64,000 nucleotides of DNA, taken from assembly GCA_964605525.1 (NCBI GenBank), contig CAZSCV010000005.1:39256-103255 (forward strand), read 5' to 3'. Position numbers and translations under genes: made by a program. Origin of the DNA: an uncultured Bdellovibrionales bacterium (lineage in GTDB: Bacteria > Patescibacteriota > Minisyncoccia > Moranbacterales > UBA9337). Shown piece by piece: positions 9,739-20,970 of the stretch. Under the pieces are notes generated by a model. That model saw only the letters and a list, made by a program, of their open reading frames with translations, ran no database searches and was not told the DNA's origin. The stretch's first letter is position 1. The number at the start of each line of letters is the position of its first letter.

Positions 9739-10687
9739 GGACGAGATAGAGTTTAAGCAGGAATCCATTAATAATTGCCCTGTTTGCCTTTCGAGTGAGA
9801 TCAGGTTTCACTTAAGTAAGTTTGATGATAGATATGGACAAGCCGATATTTTTCATTTATATCGTTGTTTGGAGTGCGATGCAGTTTTTTTGAAAAATAG
9901 AATAAAAGAAGCTGAGCATCCTCCGTTGTACGAAAAATATTACATTTTTTTATCTAAAATTAATAAAAAGACTTCTACAAAGGAAGCATTTTTTTGGTTA
10001 CAAAAAATGATTATGAAGGTAGCAGGCGAGTTTTTTTTAATTGGGAAGATGAATTATGAAGCGAAAGTTCTTGAAATAGGTCCTGGCGATGTTTCTCAAT
10101 TATCAATGCATAGCATAAAAAAGAATAAGTTAAAATGGATTGGACTGGAGGTCAATGAAAAATGCGCGAAAAATATCAAAGGAAAGGGGTTAGATGTTTA
10201 TCGAGAGTCGTTCGGAGACTTTATTTCGAGAGGAATGAAATTTGATTCAATAATTTTGTCGATGTCAATAGAACATTTGCATGACCCAATCCTTTTTTTT
10301 GGTAATTGTAAAAAAGTTTTACATGAAGATGGTGTTATATTTTTAACTACCGCTAATCTGGATTCCAGATATCGAGAAAAATACAATAAAAGATGGATCA
10401 ATTGGCACGTCCCATATCACCAAGTGCTTTTTTCGAAAAAATCTATAAAAATGATTTGTGAAAATAATGGATTCTACATAAAAAAATATCACACATCTAC
10501 TCCAACTAGCTGGTTTTTATTGCAAAAGAAATTTAGTATACCTACGAGAGGAAAAATAAATACTGATTGTGCGATGAGTTTTTCATTTGTGGATTACTTG
10601 CTATTTTCAGTGTTCCTCAGATTTTATGAATTTTTTTCCAGGAATAGTGGGGATTGCATGTATTGTGAAATAAAATTAAGAAAGTAA
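9728..10687 (+). CDS. SAM-dependent methyltransferase with an N-terminal Cys4 zinc ribbon
   Basis: CPVC...CLEC pair and a VLEIGPGD motif I. Confidence 0.55.
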   Translation: MKNKDEIEFKQESINNCPVCLSSEIRFHLSKFDDRYGQADIFHLYRCLECDAVFLKNRIKEAEHPPLYEKYYIFLSKINKKTSTKEAFFWLQKMIMKVAGEFFLIGKMNYEAKVLEIGPGDVSQLSMHSIKKNKLKWIGLEVNEKCAKNIKGKGLDVYRESFGDFISRGMKFDSIILSMSIEHLHDPILFFGNCKKVLHEDGVIFLTTANLDSRYREKYNKRWINWHVPYHQVLFSKKSIKMICENNGFYIKKYHTSTPTSWFLLQKKFSIPTRGKINTDCAMSFSFVDYLLFSVFLRFYEFFSRNSGDCMYCEIKLRK

Positions 10688-10698
10688 ATAAAAAAAGT

Positions 10699-12891
10699 AT
10701 GTTTTTTTTGGGTGTGATTTTATTTTTTATTATACCGTCAAATATAGCGTTGCTTTTTTTTGCACATTTTTGTTTAGCAAAGAACTATAGGATAATTTTT
10801 ATAACTTCATATGGAGTAGCTCCCTTCTTAAGTCCAGTGCTTTTCTATTACCTGATTTGGTTTTTTCCGGAAAGGTCAGATTTGTTTTATTTGTTATGGC
10901 TGTCAATTTTTTGGATTATAGCATTGGTGATATCGTTTATGAAATGGAGAAAGGTCGCTTTGTTGTACAGGATGATTTATAGAGATTTCATCAGATTCTT
11001 TGAAATTTTTATAAGAATGAAAATGATTTCCTATTTAGCGGTGTTAAGTATGTTTTTATTCTTATATTTTATTCAATCTTTTTATTATCCGATTTTAGGG
11101 AATGACAATGCCCTTTATATTGGGCAAAGTATTGCATTGCGGGAATATAAAAACTTAGAATGGGAGAAAAAAACATTTGTCATGGTTGATGGAAGCGAAT
11201 ATAGATACAACTCATCAATTAGACCAGGAATTCCATTTTTTGTTTCTATCTTTATAATGAGCGGAGTGGATTACAGGAAAATGTTTCAGTTTATTTCTAC
11301 ATATTATTACGTTCTTCTTTTTGGAATATTTATGCTTTTTGTATATAAAGTATCCATAGAACTAAAAAAAAATATCGGGCGGTCTTTTTTTTGGGCCAGT
11401 TCATTCTTTTTGTTTTCTTGGGTGCTTACCAGAGCATTTATTTTTAATGCAAAGGAGATTGTAGTTTATTTTTTTGCACTTCTTTCTTTGTATTTAATTT
11501 ATGTTTTAATTAAGATGAAAGAGCGAAATATTTTTTTTGAATTATTAACAGGAATAGCAATAGGCGTGGGTGTTTTTGTTAATTTACACGGAGTGATAAT
11601 TGGCGGTATTGTTATTATGTTGTTATTTGTATTATCAAAGCTTAATATTAAGGAAAGAATTAAACAATGTGTTTCTATATTTTTATACCATTTTATTTTT
11701 AGTGCTTTTGATTTTGCGAGAATTTTTCGTTTTATATTTATTATTACCATAAAAGGTTTAATCGCAAAGGGTAGTATTTTTTTGAATAAAATATTTAGCG
11801 CTTTTGATTTTAAAAATAGATCTAATATTTTTTCTGATAATACAAACAATATTCCTAGAAATGAAATTAAAGAGGCTGATCATGCAGTACGGGCAGTGAT
11901 AGTGAATAATTCAGGAGGAAATATTAATTCCGGGATTTTGAGGGGTACCACCGGAAAGCACCTTGCGCTTTACGGAATGAAAAATTTATTTGATATATAT
12001 ATAAAGGGAAAATTTCAAATTTTTACAAATATAGGGGTTTTCGGTTTCTACTTTTGGGTTTTTTTGACTATATTAATGCTTAAGATAAGGGAGTTATTAA
12101 GGAGTGACATTACTAAAATTCTTGTATTTTTTATTTTAATTTATTTTTTATTTATACTGGATGTTTTTAACATAAACACTCACCCTGCCGCCATTGTATT
12201 ATGGGGGAGCACGAAATATGCGGCTTTATTGCTCCTTATAAGTATGATTGTGTCAAGCGTGTATATCGAACAATTTTTTGAATTTTTTATTGGTTTTATT
12301 AAAAAAAATGTTAGGAAAGTTATAATTTTTTCTTTCCTGGTCGTTTCTTTAATTATAAGTCTAAATAAATTATTTATATCGCTAGGAGTCAGCTTATTGT
12401 CATTGACAATTTCTTTTTCGAAAGACGAGTATTTTTATAGAGAAAAAGTAGAATATTTTTATTATATTTTAGTATTTTTTATAATTATTTTTTTAGTGGC
12501 TATTTTTTTATCAAAATACAGGGAAAAATTATCTTATAATATTCTCGTGTCTTCTTCATTGATGTTTTTTGTCTTAATGCCGTTTTTTATTACTACGGTA
12601 GGAAAAGTTGATTTATTAAAAACTTTTCATTATTTGAATAGTAGTTTGCAAAATAAGCTGGAGAAGAGTTATTTGAAAGATATATATGATGTGTATTTTT
12701 TTGCAAAAGATAACCTGAAAAAAAATTCCATCATTAGAACTGGATTTTATGACATATATACTTACAATGATTATTTTTCACTGAGAATGAAAAGCGATAA
12801 TGAAGTTCAATATGAGATAAGTGCTGAATGTGGTATAAGTAGTGCTCATATTATATATAACTCGAAAGAGGTTTATTTATGCGAGAAATAA
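10699..12891 (+). CDS. large polytopic membrane protein (730 aa), putative GT-C-type glycosyltransferase/polymerase
   Basis: More than 15 hydrophobic segments, in a glycan locus context. No specific family motif was recognised. Confidence 0.3.
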   Translation: MFFLGVILFFIIPSNIALLFFAHFCLAKNYRIIFITSYGVAPFLSPVLFYYLIWFFPERSDLFYLLWLSIFWIIALVISFMKWRKVALLYRMIYRDFIRFFEIFIRMKMISYLAVLSMFLFLYFIQSFYYPILGNDNALYIGQSIALREYKNLEWEKKTFVMVDGSEYRYNSSIRPGIPFFVSIFIMSGVDYRKMFQFISTYYYVLLFGIFMLFVYKVSIELKKNIGRSFFWASSFFLFSWVLTRAFIFNAKEIVVYFFALLSLYLIYVLIKMKERNIFFELLTGIAIGVGVFVNLHGVIIGGIVIMLLFVLSKLNIKERIKQCVSIFLYHFIFSAFDFARIFRFIFIITIKGLIAKGSIFLNKIFSAFDFKNRSNIFSDNTNNIPRNEIKEADHAVRAVIVNNSGGNINSGILRGTTGKHLALYGMKNLFDIYIKGKFQIFTNIGVFGFYFWVFLTILMLKIRELLRSDITKILVFFILIYFLFILDVFNINTHPAAIVLWGSTKYAALLLLISMIVSSVYIEQFFEFFIGFIKKNVRKVIIFSFLVVSLIISLNKLFISLGVSLLSLTISFSKDEYFYREKVEYFYYILVFFIIIFLVAIFLSKYREKLSYNILVSSSLMFFVLMPFFITTVGKVDLLKTFHYLNSSLQNKLEKSYLKDIYDVYFFAKDNLKKNSIIRTGFYDIYTYNDYFSLRMKSDNEVQYEISAECGISSAHIIYNSKEVYLCEK

Positions 12892-12899
12892 TTTAATTT

Positions 12900-13649
12900 T
12901 TAAGACCGAAATTTGTTTAGCTTGTCTATAATATTTAACAGAAAGATTAGGACGGAACTTTTTAAATATTGCTTGTGAATAAGATTATGCTCGTTGTTAG
13001 ATTTTCCTTTCGTGCTCTGTGAATCAGGATGAATAAAGAAATTACATATAGTTTTATTAAAAAATACCGGAAATACGTTGTTTTTTAAGAGCCGTAACCA
13101 CATCTCATAGTCCATTGAGTTCTTGTATTTTTCATTGAAGTATCCATATTTTTTGAATATTTTTTTCTGAATGAAAACGGATTGATGAGGAATATAATTA
13201 GTTGCTAGCAAAAGCCAGAACTTAGCTTTATGATAAATTTTTCTATGCGGGATTATTCTACTAGCTCCTCTTATCTCATTGATAAATAATGCTTTTCCAT
13301 ATATCCAATAAGGATTTTTGTTTATTAATATAAAGGCGTTGATTTCCTTTAATGTATCCGGACTAAATAAACTATCATCGGAATGCAAGTGAATAATATA
13401 TTTTCCCGACGATTTATTTATTCCAATATTCATAGCATTTCCGATTCCTCGCGGCTTGAATTGAAATAGTTTAACTTTTTCTGGAAATTCTTTTTGATAA
13501 CTTTTTATGATAGAGGTGGTTTTGTCTGATGAAAATCCATCAATGAATATGTGTTCAAAATTTTTGAATGATTGATTTTTTATGGAATCTATGTTTCTCC
13601 GGATATACTTTTCGCTGTTGTATGTGCAAGTAATTATCGAAAATTTCAT
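12900..13649 (-). CDS. glycosyltransferase family 2
   Basis: N-terminus FSIITCTYNSEKYI...FIDGFSSDKT. Confidence 0.8.
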   Translation of the reverse strand: MKFSIITCTYNSEKYIRRNIDSIKNQSFKNFEHIFIDGFSSDKTTSIIKSYQKEFPEKVKLFQFKPRGIGNAMNIGINKSSGKYIIHLHSDDSLFSPDTLKEINAFILINKNPYWIYGKALFINEIRGASRIIPHRKIYHKAKFWLLLATNYIPHQSVFIQKKIFKKYGYFNEKYKNSMDYEMWLRLLKNNVFPVFFNKTICNFFIHPDSQSTKGKSNNEHNLIHKQYLKSSVLIFLLNIIDKLNKFRS

Positions 13650-14770
13650 AATAAAGTGGATTTAATTATATTAGCTGCAGTTTTTGTTTTTTGGATAATT
13701 CCCCACGAATCATTTTTTAAGTGCAAATTATTTTCAAAAACATTTTTTATTGCCTTGGTGATTTCTTTTGAATTAGCAGATTTGATTATGTATCCATTTT
13801 TTCCATCTTCAATAAGATCGGCGCTCGCTCCAGCTTCTTTCGTTGCTATAACGGGTAGATCACAAGCCATAGCTTCATTTATTACCAAGCCCCAAACTTC
13901 CTCGTAAGATGGAAGTATCAGTAAATTGGAAATGGAATAATATTTGTAAAGATCGTCATATTGGATGAAATCAGTAAAAATTATATCTTTTAAATGCATT
14001 TTTTTTATAATTCGTTTCATCTTTTCTTTCTCTCTCCCTCTTCCTATGATTAACAAGGAAACGTCAGGGTCATAAGTATGATAGTCTTTAAAGCCCTCAA
14101 GGAGGTTATAAATTCCTTTTCTTTCAATTAGCTGTCCGTTAAATAATATTATTTTTGAAGTTTTTATTCCTAGTTTATTTGTTATCAATTTTTTTTCTGT
14201 TCGAGTAAGGTTTTTTGTCTTTTCTTTAAAGTAGTCTATGTCAATAGAATTGAAGATTATTTCAATGTTCTTAGGGTTAACTCCGAGCGAAATGATGTAA
14301 TCACGCGCTCTTGTTCCGTAGACTACAAATTTATCCGTATTTTTAAATAAATATTTCACAAGAGGAGAAAATATTGTTCTTCTCCAACTCGGTTCATATT
14401 TAGTACTTCCTGACCAAAGAATGAATTCTTTTTTGTTCTTGCGTGCCCACCAGTTTGCTGCGTAAGCAGCAAAATGATCCCAGCCGAAACATATTATTTT
14501 ATCTGGATTATTATGACTAAGCGCACTCAGTATGTTTGGGTTTATAAAGAAAGTAAAGAGATCTTTTTTTCCAATTCTGATGGCAAAATTTTTTAGAATT
14601 TCATAATCAAATCTGATGTTAAAATCTTTCCAATATCTATTTTTGTCACTTTTGCTCAGGAAAAAAACTTTAAGTGTGCTTTCGTTATTGTGATAATGTT
14701 TATTTAACTCATTGAATAAATGAATTCTTGCTGGGCTTATTATGTTATGTAATACGAGTATTTTCTTCAT
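13646..14770 (-). CDS. glycosyltransferase family 4 (GT-B)
   Basis: C-terminal EX7E-type region SYEEVWGLVINEAMACDLPVIAT. Confidence 0.7.
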   Translation of the reverse strand: MKKILVLHNIISPARIHLFNELNKHYHNNESTLKVFFLSKSDKNRYWKDFNIRFDYEILKNFAIRIGKKDLFTFFINPNILSALSHNNPDKIICFGWDHFAAYAANWWARKNKKEFILWSGSTKYEPSWRRTIFSPLVKYLFKNTDKFVVYGTRARDYIISLGVNPKNIEIIFNSIDIDYFKEKTKNLTRTEKKLITNKLGIKTSKIILFNGQLIERKGIYNLLEGFKDYHTYDPDVSLLIIGRGREKEKMKRIIKKMHLKDIIFTDFIQYDDLYKYYSISNLLILPSYEEVWGLVINEAMACDLPVIATKEAGASADLIEDGKNGYIIKSANSKEITKAIKNVFENNLHLKNDSWGIIQKTKTAANIIKSTLL

Positions 14771-14806
14771 TTTTTTGATGTAATTATGAAAAATGTTTAG
14801 AAGCGG

Positions 14807-15970
14807 TTATTTGTAGATATTTTCTAGCTTGGAACAAACTTTGTCTATGGAAAATTTAATCGCAATCATATTTTTTGAATTTATGGATAGTTTTTTCTTT
14901 AAATCGGAATCATTTAGGATAGTTAATATTTTATCTGAAAATTCAGTTTTATTTTTTAGTTCCAATTCAAAGCCTGCTTTATGTGTTTCAATTTCTGGAA
15001 CATTGCAGTTTTTTGAGATGATCTGGGGGATGCCAATGGCGGCGACCTCCAAAACTGTCATAGGTAGACCTTCGTTTCTGGATGTGAAAATAAAAATATC
15101 ACACGATTTTATCGTTTCGAGTTTTTCTTTTCCGGTTAGTATTCCAGTAAAAACAACGTTGTTTTGCAAATCTAGTTCAATTGCCATTTTTTTTAATTTT
15201 TCTTTTTCTCCTTCATCGGGACCGATAATAAGATAGGTGAATTTTGTTTTGTATTTTAGGGAAGATAGAATTTCTATTGATATATCCACTCCTTTGATAT
15301 ATTGCAATCTTCCGATATATGCGATGATTTTATTTTCTTTCGGAAAATTGTATTTTTTACTTAGATTGATTTTTTTGATGTTTTCAAATTCTTCAAGGTG
15401 GAGACCATTGGGAATGATAATAGTTTTATTCTCAAATTTTTTGTTTATTGAAATTATTTCACTTTTTTCATTTTCCGTCAGGGCAATAATGTTCTTTGAG
15501 TTTTTTAGTATGGTTGTAAAAATATCTAAAAAAATCTTTTTTATGAATTTAAATTTGGCCTCTTGTCGAACCAAGGAAAGAGTGCCGTGAGGTTGAATAA
15601 TGAAGGGAATATTATGTTTTTTGCAAAAATGGGCAGTAATGATGTTTTGTAAAGTAAAAAAATCATGGCAATGAACTACATCAAAATTTCGTATATTATT
15701 TTTAGCCCAAAAATAAAATCCAATTGGTAAGTACCCGTTGCAATTTTTGGCTAGCCAATTACTGATGTTTCTGAAGCGGATAATTTTTATTCCGTTAACA
15801 TCTTCTTGAAGTTTTAAGATTCTATTTTTTTTATCAAGTGTGTCTGTTGTGACCACGGTAACTTTGTTTTTGCGGGCGGTTAATTCTTTGGAAATATCGA
15901 AACAAACTTTAACTGGTCCGCCGAAGCCGTAGGCTGGAATAAAATATGGAATAACTTGAAGTATTTTCAT
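14807..15970 (-). CDS. glycosyltransferase family 4 (GT-B)
   Basis: RNEGLPMTVLEVAAIGIPQI motif. Confidence 0.7.
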   Translation of the reverse strand: MKILQVIPYFIPAYGFGGPVKVCFDISKELTARKNKVTVVTTDTLDKKNRILKLQEDVNGIKIIRFRNISNWLAKNCNGYLPIGFYFWAKNNIRNFDVVHCHDFFTLQNIITAHFCKKHNIPFIIQPHGTLSLVRQEAKFKFIKKIFLDIFTTILKNSKNIIALTENEKSEIISINKKFENKTIIIPNGLHLEEFENIKKINLSKKYNFPKENKIIAYIGRLQYIKGVDISIEILSSLKYKTKFTYLIIGPDEGEKEKLKKMAIELDLQNNVVFTGILTGKEKLETIKSCDIFIFTSRNEGLPMTVLEVAAIGIPQIISKNCNVPEIETHKAGFELELKNKTEFSDKILTILNDSDLKKKLSINSKNMIAIKFSIDKVCSKLENIYK

Positions 15971-17466
15971 TTGGTTTTTATAAACGAGTATTCTTCTTTG
16001 GAAGATGAAATGGCAAAAATTTTATAGTTTGCTTTGTTGAGTTTTTGTATCGCATCTCTTGTTTTTTGGGCAGATATAGAAGAAAAGCGATGATGAAATT
16101 CAATTAATATCTGCTTGATATCAAAGTTATTTTCAATTATGTCATCAATAATTTCATATTCAGAGCCCTCGATATCCATTTTTAGAATGTCAATTTTATT
16201 GTGACCCAATTCTTTCATTATTGTTGTCAGATTTTTTACCTTAACTATTATTGGACTGTTTGCATGGTCTTTGCGTACAATACTGTGTGAAATGTGATTT
16301 GGGTTTTTCGGGGGAAACAGCTCGACAAATCCATTTTGTGCGGATAATCCATAATCAAAATATTGAAAATTATTCGGAAGATGTTGTTTCTTCAACCAAC
16401 TTATTGATTTTGGAGTAGGGTCAAAGGCAAAAACCTTACATCCATATTTTGAAATAATGTCTAAATCAAATGAAATATCCTCTCCTATTCCAAACGAATA
16501 AATAATGCTTTCGCTGTGTATATTTTTAGGGGAAATAGTCCAACCTCCATATTTTTTCGATCCAATAAAATCACCGTGAATGTTTTTTTGAACGAAAAAA
16601 AACACTTCTTTACCTAAAGCAACTTTTGCTAGGTATCTGATTTTCCAAAGAAGTAGTTTTAATTTTTCCACAAAGAAATATTTATTTTTTTTTATCTTAC
16701 TTAAGGCTTCATAGATCGTAGTTATCTTGTAATAATTGAATTTATGCAAGAATAATGATGCTGGATATTTCCCCCCGTATTTTTTAGCTAGCCTCAGTTC
16801 ATCTTGAAATTGTTTTTTGTTGACACTGCCACTTTTGCTGTTTGGATAATATCTGAAATTCGCCAGATAATTATCAATAACTCCGGCTGGATATTTTTGA
16901 CCGATTCTAAGCCAAAATTCATAATCCATACACAGATGCTCATTTTCATCAAAAAAACCCCTCTTGGCGTGAATTTCGCGTTTCCAGAACGTTGCGGGTT
17001 GGGAGATGAAATTTTCTGTCAGGAGTTTTGCATAACTGTATTTTCTAAGAAGAAAGTTTTTGTACCATGTTATGGGCTTCCTTATTTCTTCATCATTCTT
17101 GTTGATAATTTTGCATTTGCCATAGACCCAAAATTTTTCCGGATTTTTCTTGAAAAAATCGGCGACTTTTCGGAGCGCGCTTGGCTTGTAGGTATCATCG
17201 GAATTGAGATAGGCGACAATGTCTCCGGTAGCCATTTTGAGTCCCTTGTTGATGGCATCAGATTGTCCATTGTCTTTTTCGGATTTCCAAATGATGTGGT
17301 CGGAATATTTTTTCAAAATTTCAATTGTTCCATCGGTTGATCCTCCGTCCATAATGATATATTCAAGATTCGGATAATCTTGCTTGAGCACGCTCAAAAT
17401 AGTCCGTTCAATAAATTCGGCTTGATTGTATGATGGGGTAATAATTGAAATTTTAGGATTGTTCAT
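15967..17466 (-). CDS. bifunctional glycosyltransferase family 2 / FkbM-family methyltransferase fusion
   Basis: N-terminal [14 protein letters not shown]...[10 protein letters not shown] (GT2) and C-terminal [11 protein letters not shown]...[16 protein letters not shown] (FkbM). Confidence 0.7.
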   Translation of the reverse strand: MNNPKISIITPSYNQAEFIERTILSVLKQDYPNLEYIIMDGGSTDGTIEILKKYSDHIIWKSEKDNGQSDAINKGLKMATGDIVAYLNSDDTYKPSALRKVADFFKKNPEKFWVYGKCKIINKNDEEIRKPITWYKNFLLRKYSYAKLLTENFISQPATFWKREIHAKRGFFDENEHLCMDYEFWLRIGQKYPAGVIDNYLANFRYYPNSKSGSVNKKQFQDELRLAKKYGGKYPASLFLHKFNYYKITTIYEALSKIKKNKYFFVEKLKLLLWKIRYLAKVALGKEVFFFVQKNIHGDFIGSKKYGGWTISPKNIHSESIIYSFGIGEDISFDLDIISKYGCKVFAFDPTPKSISWLKKQHLPNNFQYFDYGLSAQNGFVELFPPKNPNHISHSIVRKDHANSPIIVKVKNLTTIMKELGHNKIDILKMDIEGSEYEIIDDIIENNFDIKQILIEFHHRFSSISAQKTRDAIQKLNKANYKIFAISSSKEEYSFIKTK

Positions 17467-18388
17467 AATTTTTCAGAAACCATTGGTAGGTATCTTTGAT
17501 TCCTTGATTGAGTTCAATTTTGTGCTTCCAATTGAGACTGTGCAATTTGGAAACATCCAGAAGTTTTCTTGGCGTGCCATCCGGTTTCGATGTGTCATTT
17601 TTTATTTCTCCTTCAAATCCGACTATTCGCTTGACTATTTCGGCTAATTCTCGAATGGAAATATCCTCCCCGGTTCCAATGTTTACGATTTCATTTTCGT
17701 TGTAATTTTCCATTAAAAAAACGCAAGCGTCAGCCAAATCATCAACGTGCAAAAATTCTCTTTTCGGGGAGCCCGTTCCCCAAATCAATACTTCTTTTTG
17801 ATTATTGATTTTCGCTTCGTGAAATTTTCGGAGTAGGGCAGGGAGAACATGAGATGAATTCAAATCAAAATTATCATTCGGTCCGTACAGGTTTGTTGGC
17901 ATTACGGAAATATATTTTGTGCCATATTGTTTGTTATATGACTGGCACATTTTAATTCCGGAGATTTTGGCAACAGCGTAGGCTTCATTTGTTCTTTCCA
18001 GCGGTCCGGTCAAAAGATATTCTTCTTTGATTGGTTGGGGACATTCGCGCGGATAAATGCAAGAGCTTCCGAGAAAAAGAAGTTTTTTGACTTTGTTTAG
18101 ATATGCATTGTGAATAATATTGTTTTGTATTTGCAGATTTTGAAAAATGAAATCGGCGGGATAGGTATCGTTTTCCAATATTCCGCCAACTCTCGCAGCT
18201 GCCAGAAAAACATATTCCGGTTTTTCTGTTTCAAAGAATTTTTTTACTTCCTGCCAGTCGAGCAGATCTAATTCTTTGTGTGTTTTCAAAACGAGATTGT
18301 TAAATCCGTTTGATTTGAGATTGCGAATAATCGCTGAACCGACAAGTCCATTATGCCCCGCGATATATATTTTAGAATTCTTTTCCAT
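17453..18388 (-). CDS. fcl: GDP-L-fucose synthase (GDP-4-keto-6-deoxymannose 3,5-epimerase/4-reductase)
   Basis: N-terminus [19 protein letters not shown]. Adjacent to gmd. Confidence 0.85.
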   Translation of the reverse strand: MEKNSKIYIAGHNGLVGSAIIRNLKSNGFNNLVLKTHKELDLLDWQEVKKFFETEKPEYVFLAAARVGGILENDTYPADFIFQNLQIQNNIIHNAYLNKVKKLLFLGSSCIYPRECPQPIKEEYLLTGPLERTNEAYAVAKISGIKMCQSYNKQYGTKYISVMPTNLYGPNDNFDLNSSHVLPALLRKFHEAKINNQKEVLIWGTGSPKREFLHVDDLADACVFLMENYNENEIVNIGTGEDISIRELAEIVKRIVGFEGEIKNDTSKPDGTPRKLLDVSKLHSLNWKHKIELNQGIKDTYQWFLKNYEQS

Positions 18389-18398
18389 ATGCTTTGTC

Positions 18399-19436
18399 TT
18401 ATGATTCTTTTTTCATATCCGCTTTCATCATTATTTTTACCAACTCTTTGAATTTGGTTTTCGGCTTCCAATTCAATTTCTTTGCCGCCTTTGTCGGATC
18501 TCCCAGAAGTAGATCGACTTCGGTAGGGCGGTAATATCTTGGATCGATTCTGATCATTATTTTTTTTGTATTTTCATCAATTCCAACTTCTTTTTCTTTT
18601 TTTCCTTTCCATTTCAATTTTATTTTGGCGACTTTGCAAGCCTCTTCAATAAATTCTCGCACGCTGTGAGTTTCGCCGGTTGCCAAAACAAAATCATCCG
18701 GAGTTTTTTGTTGGAGCATCAGCCACATCCCTTCCACATAATCTTTTGCATAGCCCCAGTCTCGCTTGGAGTCGATATTTCCCAAATAGAGGCAGTCATC
18801 TTTTCCGGCTAAAATTCTGGCAAGTCCGCGAGTGATTTTTCTAGTCACAAAAGTTTCTCCGCGACGCGGTGATTCGTGATTGAAAAGAATTCCATTGCAC
18901 GCATATAGATCATAACTTTCTCGATAATTTACGGTTATCCAATAAGAATATAGTTTGGCGACTCCATAGGGTGAGCGGGGATAAAATGGAGTAGTTTCTT
19001 TTTGCGGGGTTTCTTGAACAAGTCCGAAAAGTTCACTGGTAGATGCTTGATAGAATTTGGTTTTTATTCCGGATTCTTTGATTGCATCTAAAATTCTCAA
19101 CGTTCCAATACCGGTGACATCGGCGGTATATTTTGGCACATCAAAGCTGACTTTGACATGGCTTTGAGCGGCAAGGTTGTATATCTCATCCGGCTTTATT
19201 TTTTCAATTATGCGGCTAATATTGCTTCCGTCCGACAAATCTCCATAGTGCAAAAACAAACGCACATTGTTCAGGTGCGGATCTTTGTACAAATGATTTA
19301 TTCTTCCTGTGTTGAATGAGCTTGATCGGCGAATTATTCCGTGAACTTCATATCCTTTTTCTAATAATAATTCGGCTAGGTATGATCCGTCTTGTCCCGT
19401 TATTCCCGTTATTAATGCTTTTTTCTTTTTTTTCAT
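18399..19436 (-). CDS. gmd: GDP-mannose 4,6-dehydratase
   Basis: [33 protein letters not shown]. Confidence 0.9.
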   Translation of the reverse strand: MKKKKKALITGITGQDGSYLAELLLEKGYEVHGIIRRSSSFNTGRINHLYKDPHLNNVRLFLHYGDLSDGSNISRIIEKIKPDEIYNLAAQSHVKVSFDVPKYTADVTGIGTLRILDAIKESGIKTKFYQASTSELFGLVQETPQKETTPFYPRSPYGVAKLYSYWITVNYRESYDLYACNGILFNHESPRRGETFVTRKITRGLARILAGKDDCLYLGNIDSKRDWGYAKDYVEGMWLMLQQKTPDDFVLATGETHSVREFIEEACKVAKIKLKWKGKKEKEVGIDENTKKIMIRIDPRYYRPTEVDLLLGDPTKAAKKLNWKPKTKFKELVKIMMKADMKKES

Positions 19437-19469
19437 TATCGCGCAGCGTATTAGATTTTTTACGATTGT

Positions 19470-19817
19470 TTATTGTTTGATCTCAGATTCATTGATAGCT
19501 TTTTTTCTTACGATTTCAGTCATCTGTTGTTCCAGTCTTTCGATAGCGGAGAGCAGTTTGAATATCATTAGGAATATTAAAAGAAATCCGGCAAGTATTA
19601 CGGCGTTTATATTTCCTTCAAGTCCAATTATGCGAGCCATTATATTAGTAAAAGAAGGAAAGAGCGCAATCAGAATCATTCCACCCCAGACAAAAAAACG
19701 AATGGATAGCTTATAAAAATTCTGACCCGTTTTACCTTTGACAAAATTTACAATTCCGGAATAAATCATTGATGAAGAAACTATGATCACGATAATTTGA
19801 TATAGATGTAGAGACAT
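19470..19817 (-). CDS. DUF2304-family small membrane protein (commonly paired with GT2 enzymes)
   Basis: 115 aa with 3 TM segments and a C-terminal charged tail. Family resemblance only. Confidence 0.45.
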   Translation of the reverse strand: MSLHLYQIIVIIVSSSMIYSGIVNFVKGKTGQNFYKLSIRFFVWGGMILIALFPSFTNIMARIIGLEGNINAVILAGFLLIFLMIFKLLSAIERLEQQMTEIVRKKAINESEIKQ

Positions 19818-19910
19818 AATATTTGTAATTTATTTTTTCTAATGTTGATTGTAGCAATTTTTTTTAAATTGAACAACTATATGTCGTAACTTGTTAATTT
19901 AAAAAATAAG

Positions 19911-19950
19911 ATACCCAGCTGTTTTAAGGCTGGGTTTTTTGTAAGTTACT
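19911..19950. terminator. bidirectional rho-independent terminator
   Basis: Hairpin cccagctgttttaaggctggg flanked by an A-run and a T-run. It lies between two minus-strand genes, at the low-GC / higher-GC boundary. Confidence 0.7.
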
Positions 19951-19975
19951 TGTTTTTTGAATGGCAACTAGTGCA

Positions 19976-20335
19976 TTATTCCTTGGTTGCTCGAATAGCA
20001 ACCGGATATGCATTAGTTCCAGGTGTACATCCGGAAACATAAAAATATACCGTAAGTCCTTCTGCTTGTGCAACTTCCATGGCGATGGACATGCGGTCAC
20101 CATTAGTGCTCACTGTTCCATCCAGATTTATTAATTGAATGTCGATGTATGTTGCTGATCCGCAGCCGTCGGGATTGGTTAGGACTGATAATGGTTCCAC
20201 ACGAAAAATATCGTCACTTACGTAATAAGTTTGACCGATTAAAGTCGGTCCGATCCAGCCAGCACCGAAAGTCGTATTTGCTAAAAGTAAAAATGGCAAC
20301 ACAACAAGTAGAAACAGGGGGGTTGTTTTTTTCAT
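19976..20335 (-). CDS. small secreted protein (signal peptide, 2 Cys), function unknown
   Basis: N-terminus MKKTTPLFLLVVLPFLLLANTTFG. 4-nt overlap with the upstream FN3 gene. Higher GC than the genome background. Confidence 0.5.
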   Translation of the reverse strand: MKKTTPLFLLVVLPFLLLANTTFGAGWIGPTLIGQTYYVSDDIFRVEPLSVLTNPDGCGSATYIDIQLINLDGTVSTNGDRMSIAMEVAQAEGLTVYFYVSGCTPGTNAYPVAIRATKE

Positions 20336-20970
20336 TGGATACTCCTTTTCTTTTTTAATAGGATTATTCTTGTTGCGGATCCTTTTACAATCCGCGATGT
20401 TCCATCAATCATTACAACCGTAAACATTACGGACTTTCCGTAATATCCGGTTGCATCATATGGAGATACTGCGAAGAAGTATCTTCCGTCGGCGAGGCTC
20501 AAAGTCGAGAGGTCGAGCGACGTTGTCGCTCCGACATCAATTTCGTTGGTGGTGCCTCCTTTGACGGTGTCATAGAATACTGAGTATCCTGCGACGTCAC
20601 CAGCCCCCGCTGTCCAACTCAGGATTGTTCCCGTGGTGATGATGGGAGTGGAGGGACTTTTGAGACCGAAATTGATGTAATACGGGACAGCGTGAGCGTC
20701 AGTCGCTGCATCTCCCGTTCCGAATGTAAAAGTGTTAACACCTTCCGTGAGCGCAGAGGTTTTGAATTCCCCGCTACAAACTCCGGAAGTATCGGTGAAT
20801 GTGAAAGTATATATGAGTACTTGTTCATGATATACCCTTACGGTATCGTCGACTATATTACTGCAGTCGACAGATGTTCGAATCGTTGCTTCTTCGGCGA
20901 TTACTGTTCCAGTCCAAAAAAACAACAAGAAAAACCATAAAAATTGAAAAATCAAAAATCGTCTCTTCAT
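20332..20970 (-). CDS. secreted protein with a fibronectin type III-like domain
   Basis: Signal peptide, then an FN3-like signature (W..G..v.GY.vfyd....ttsLdLstLsladGrYfFaVspyDatG). Strong SD (gggagg) upstream. Confidence 0.5.
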   Translation of the reverse strand: MKRRFLIFQFLWFFLLFFWTGTVIAEEATIRTSVDCSNIVDDTVRVYHEQVLIYTFTFTDTSGVCSGEFKTSALTEGVNTFTFGTGDAATDAHAVPYYINFGLKSPSTPIITTGTILSWTAGAGDVAGYSVFYDTVKGGTTNEIDVGATTSLDLSTLSLADGRYFFAVSPYDATGYYGKSVMFTVVMIDGTSRIVKGSATRIILLKKKRSIQ

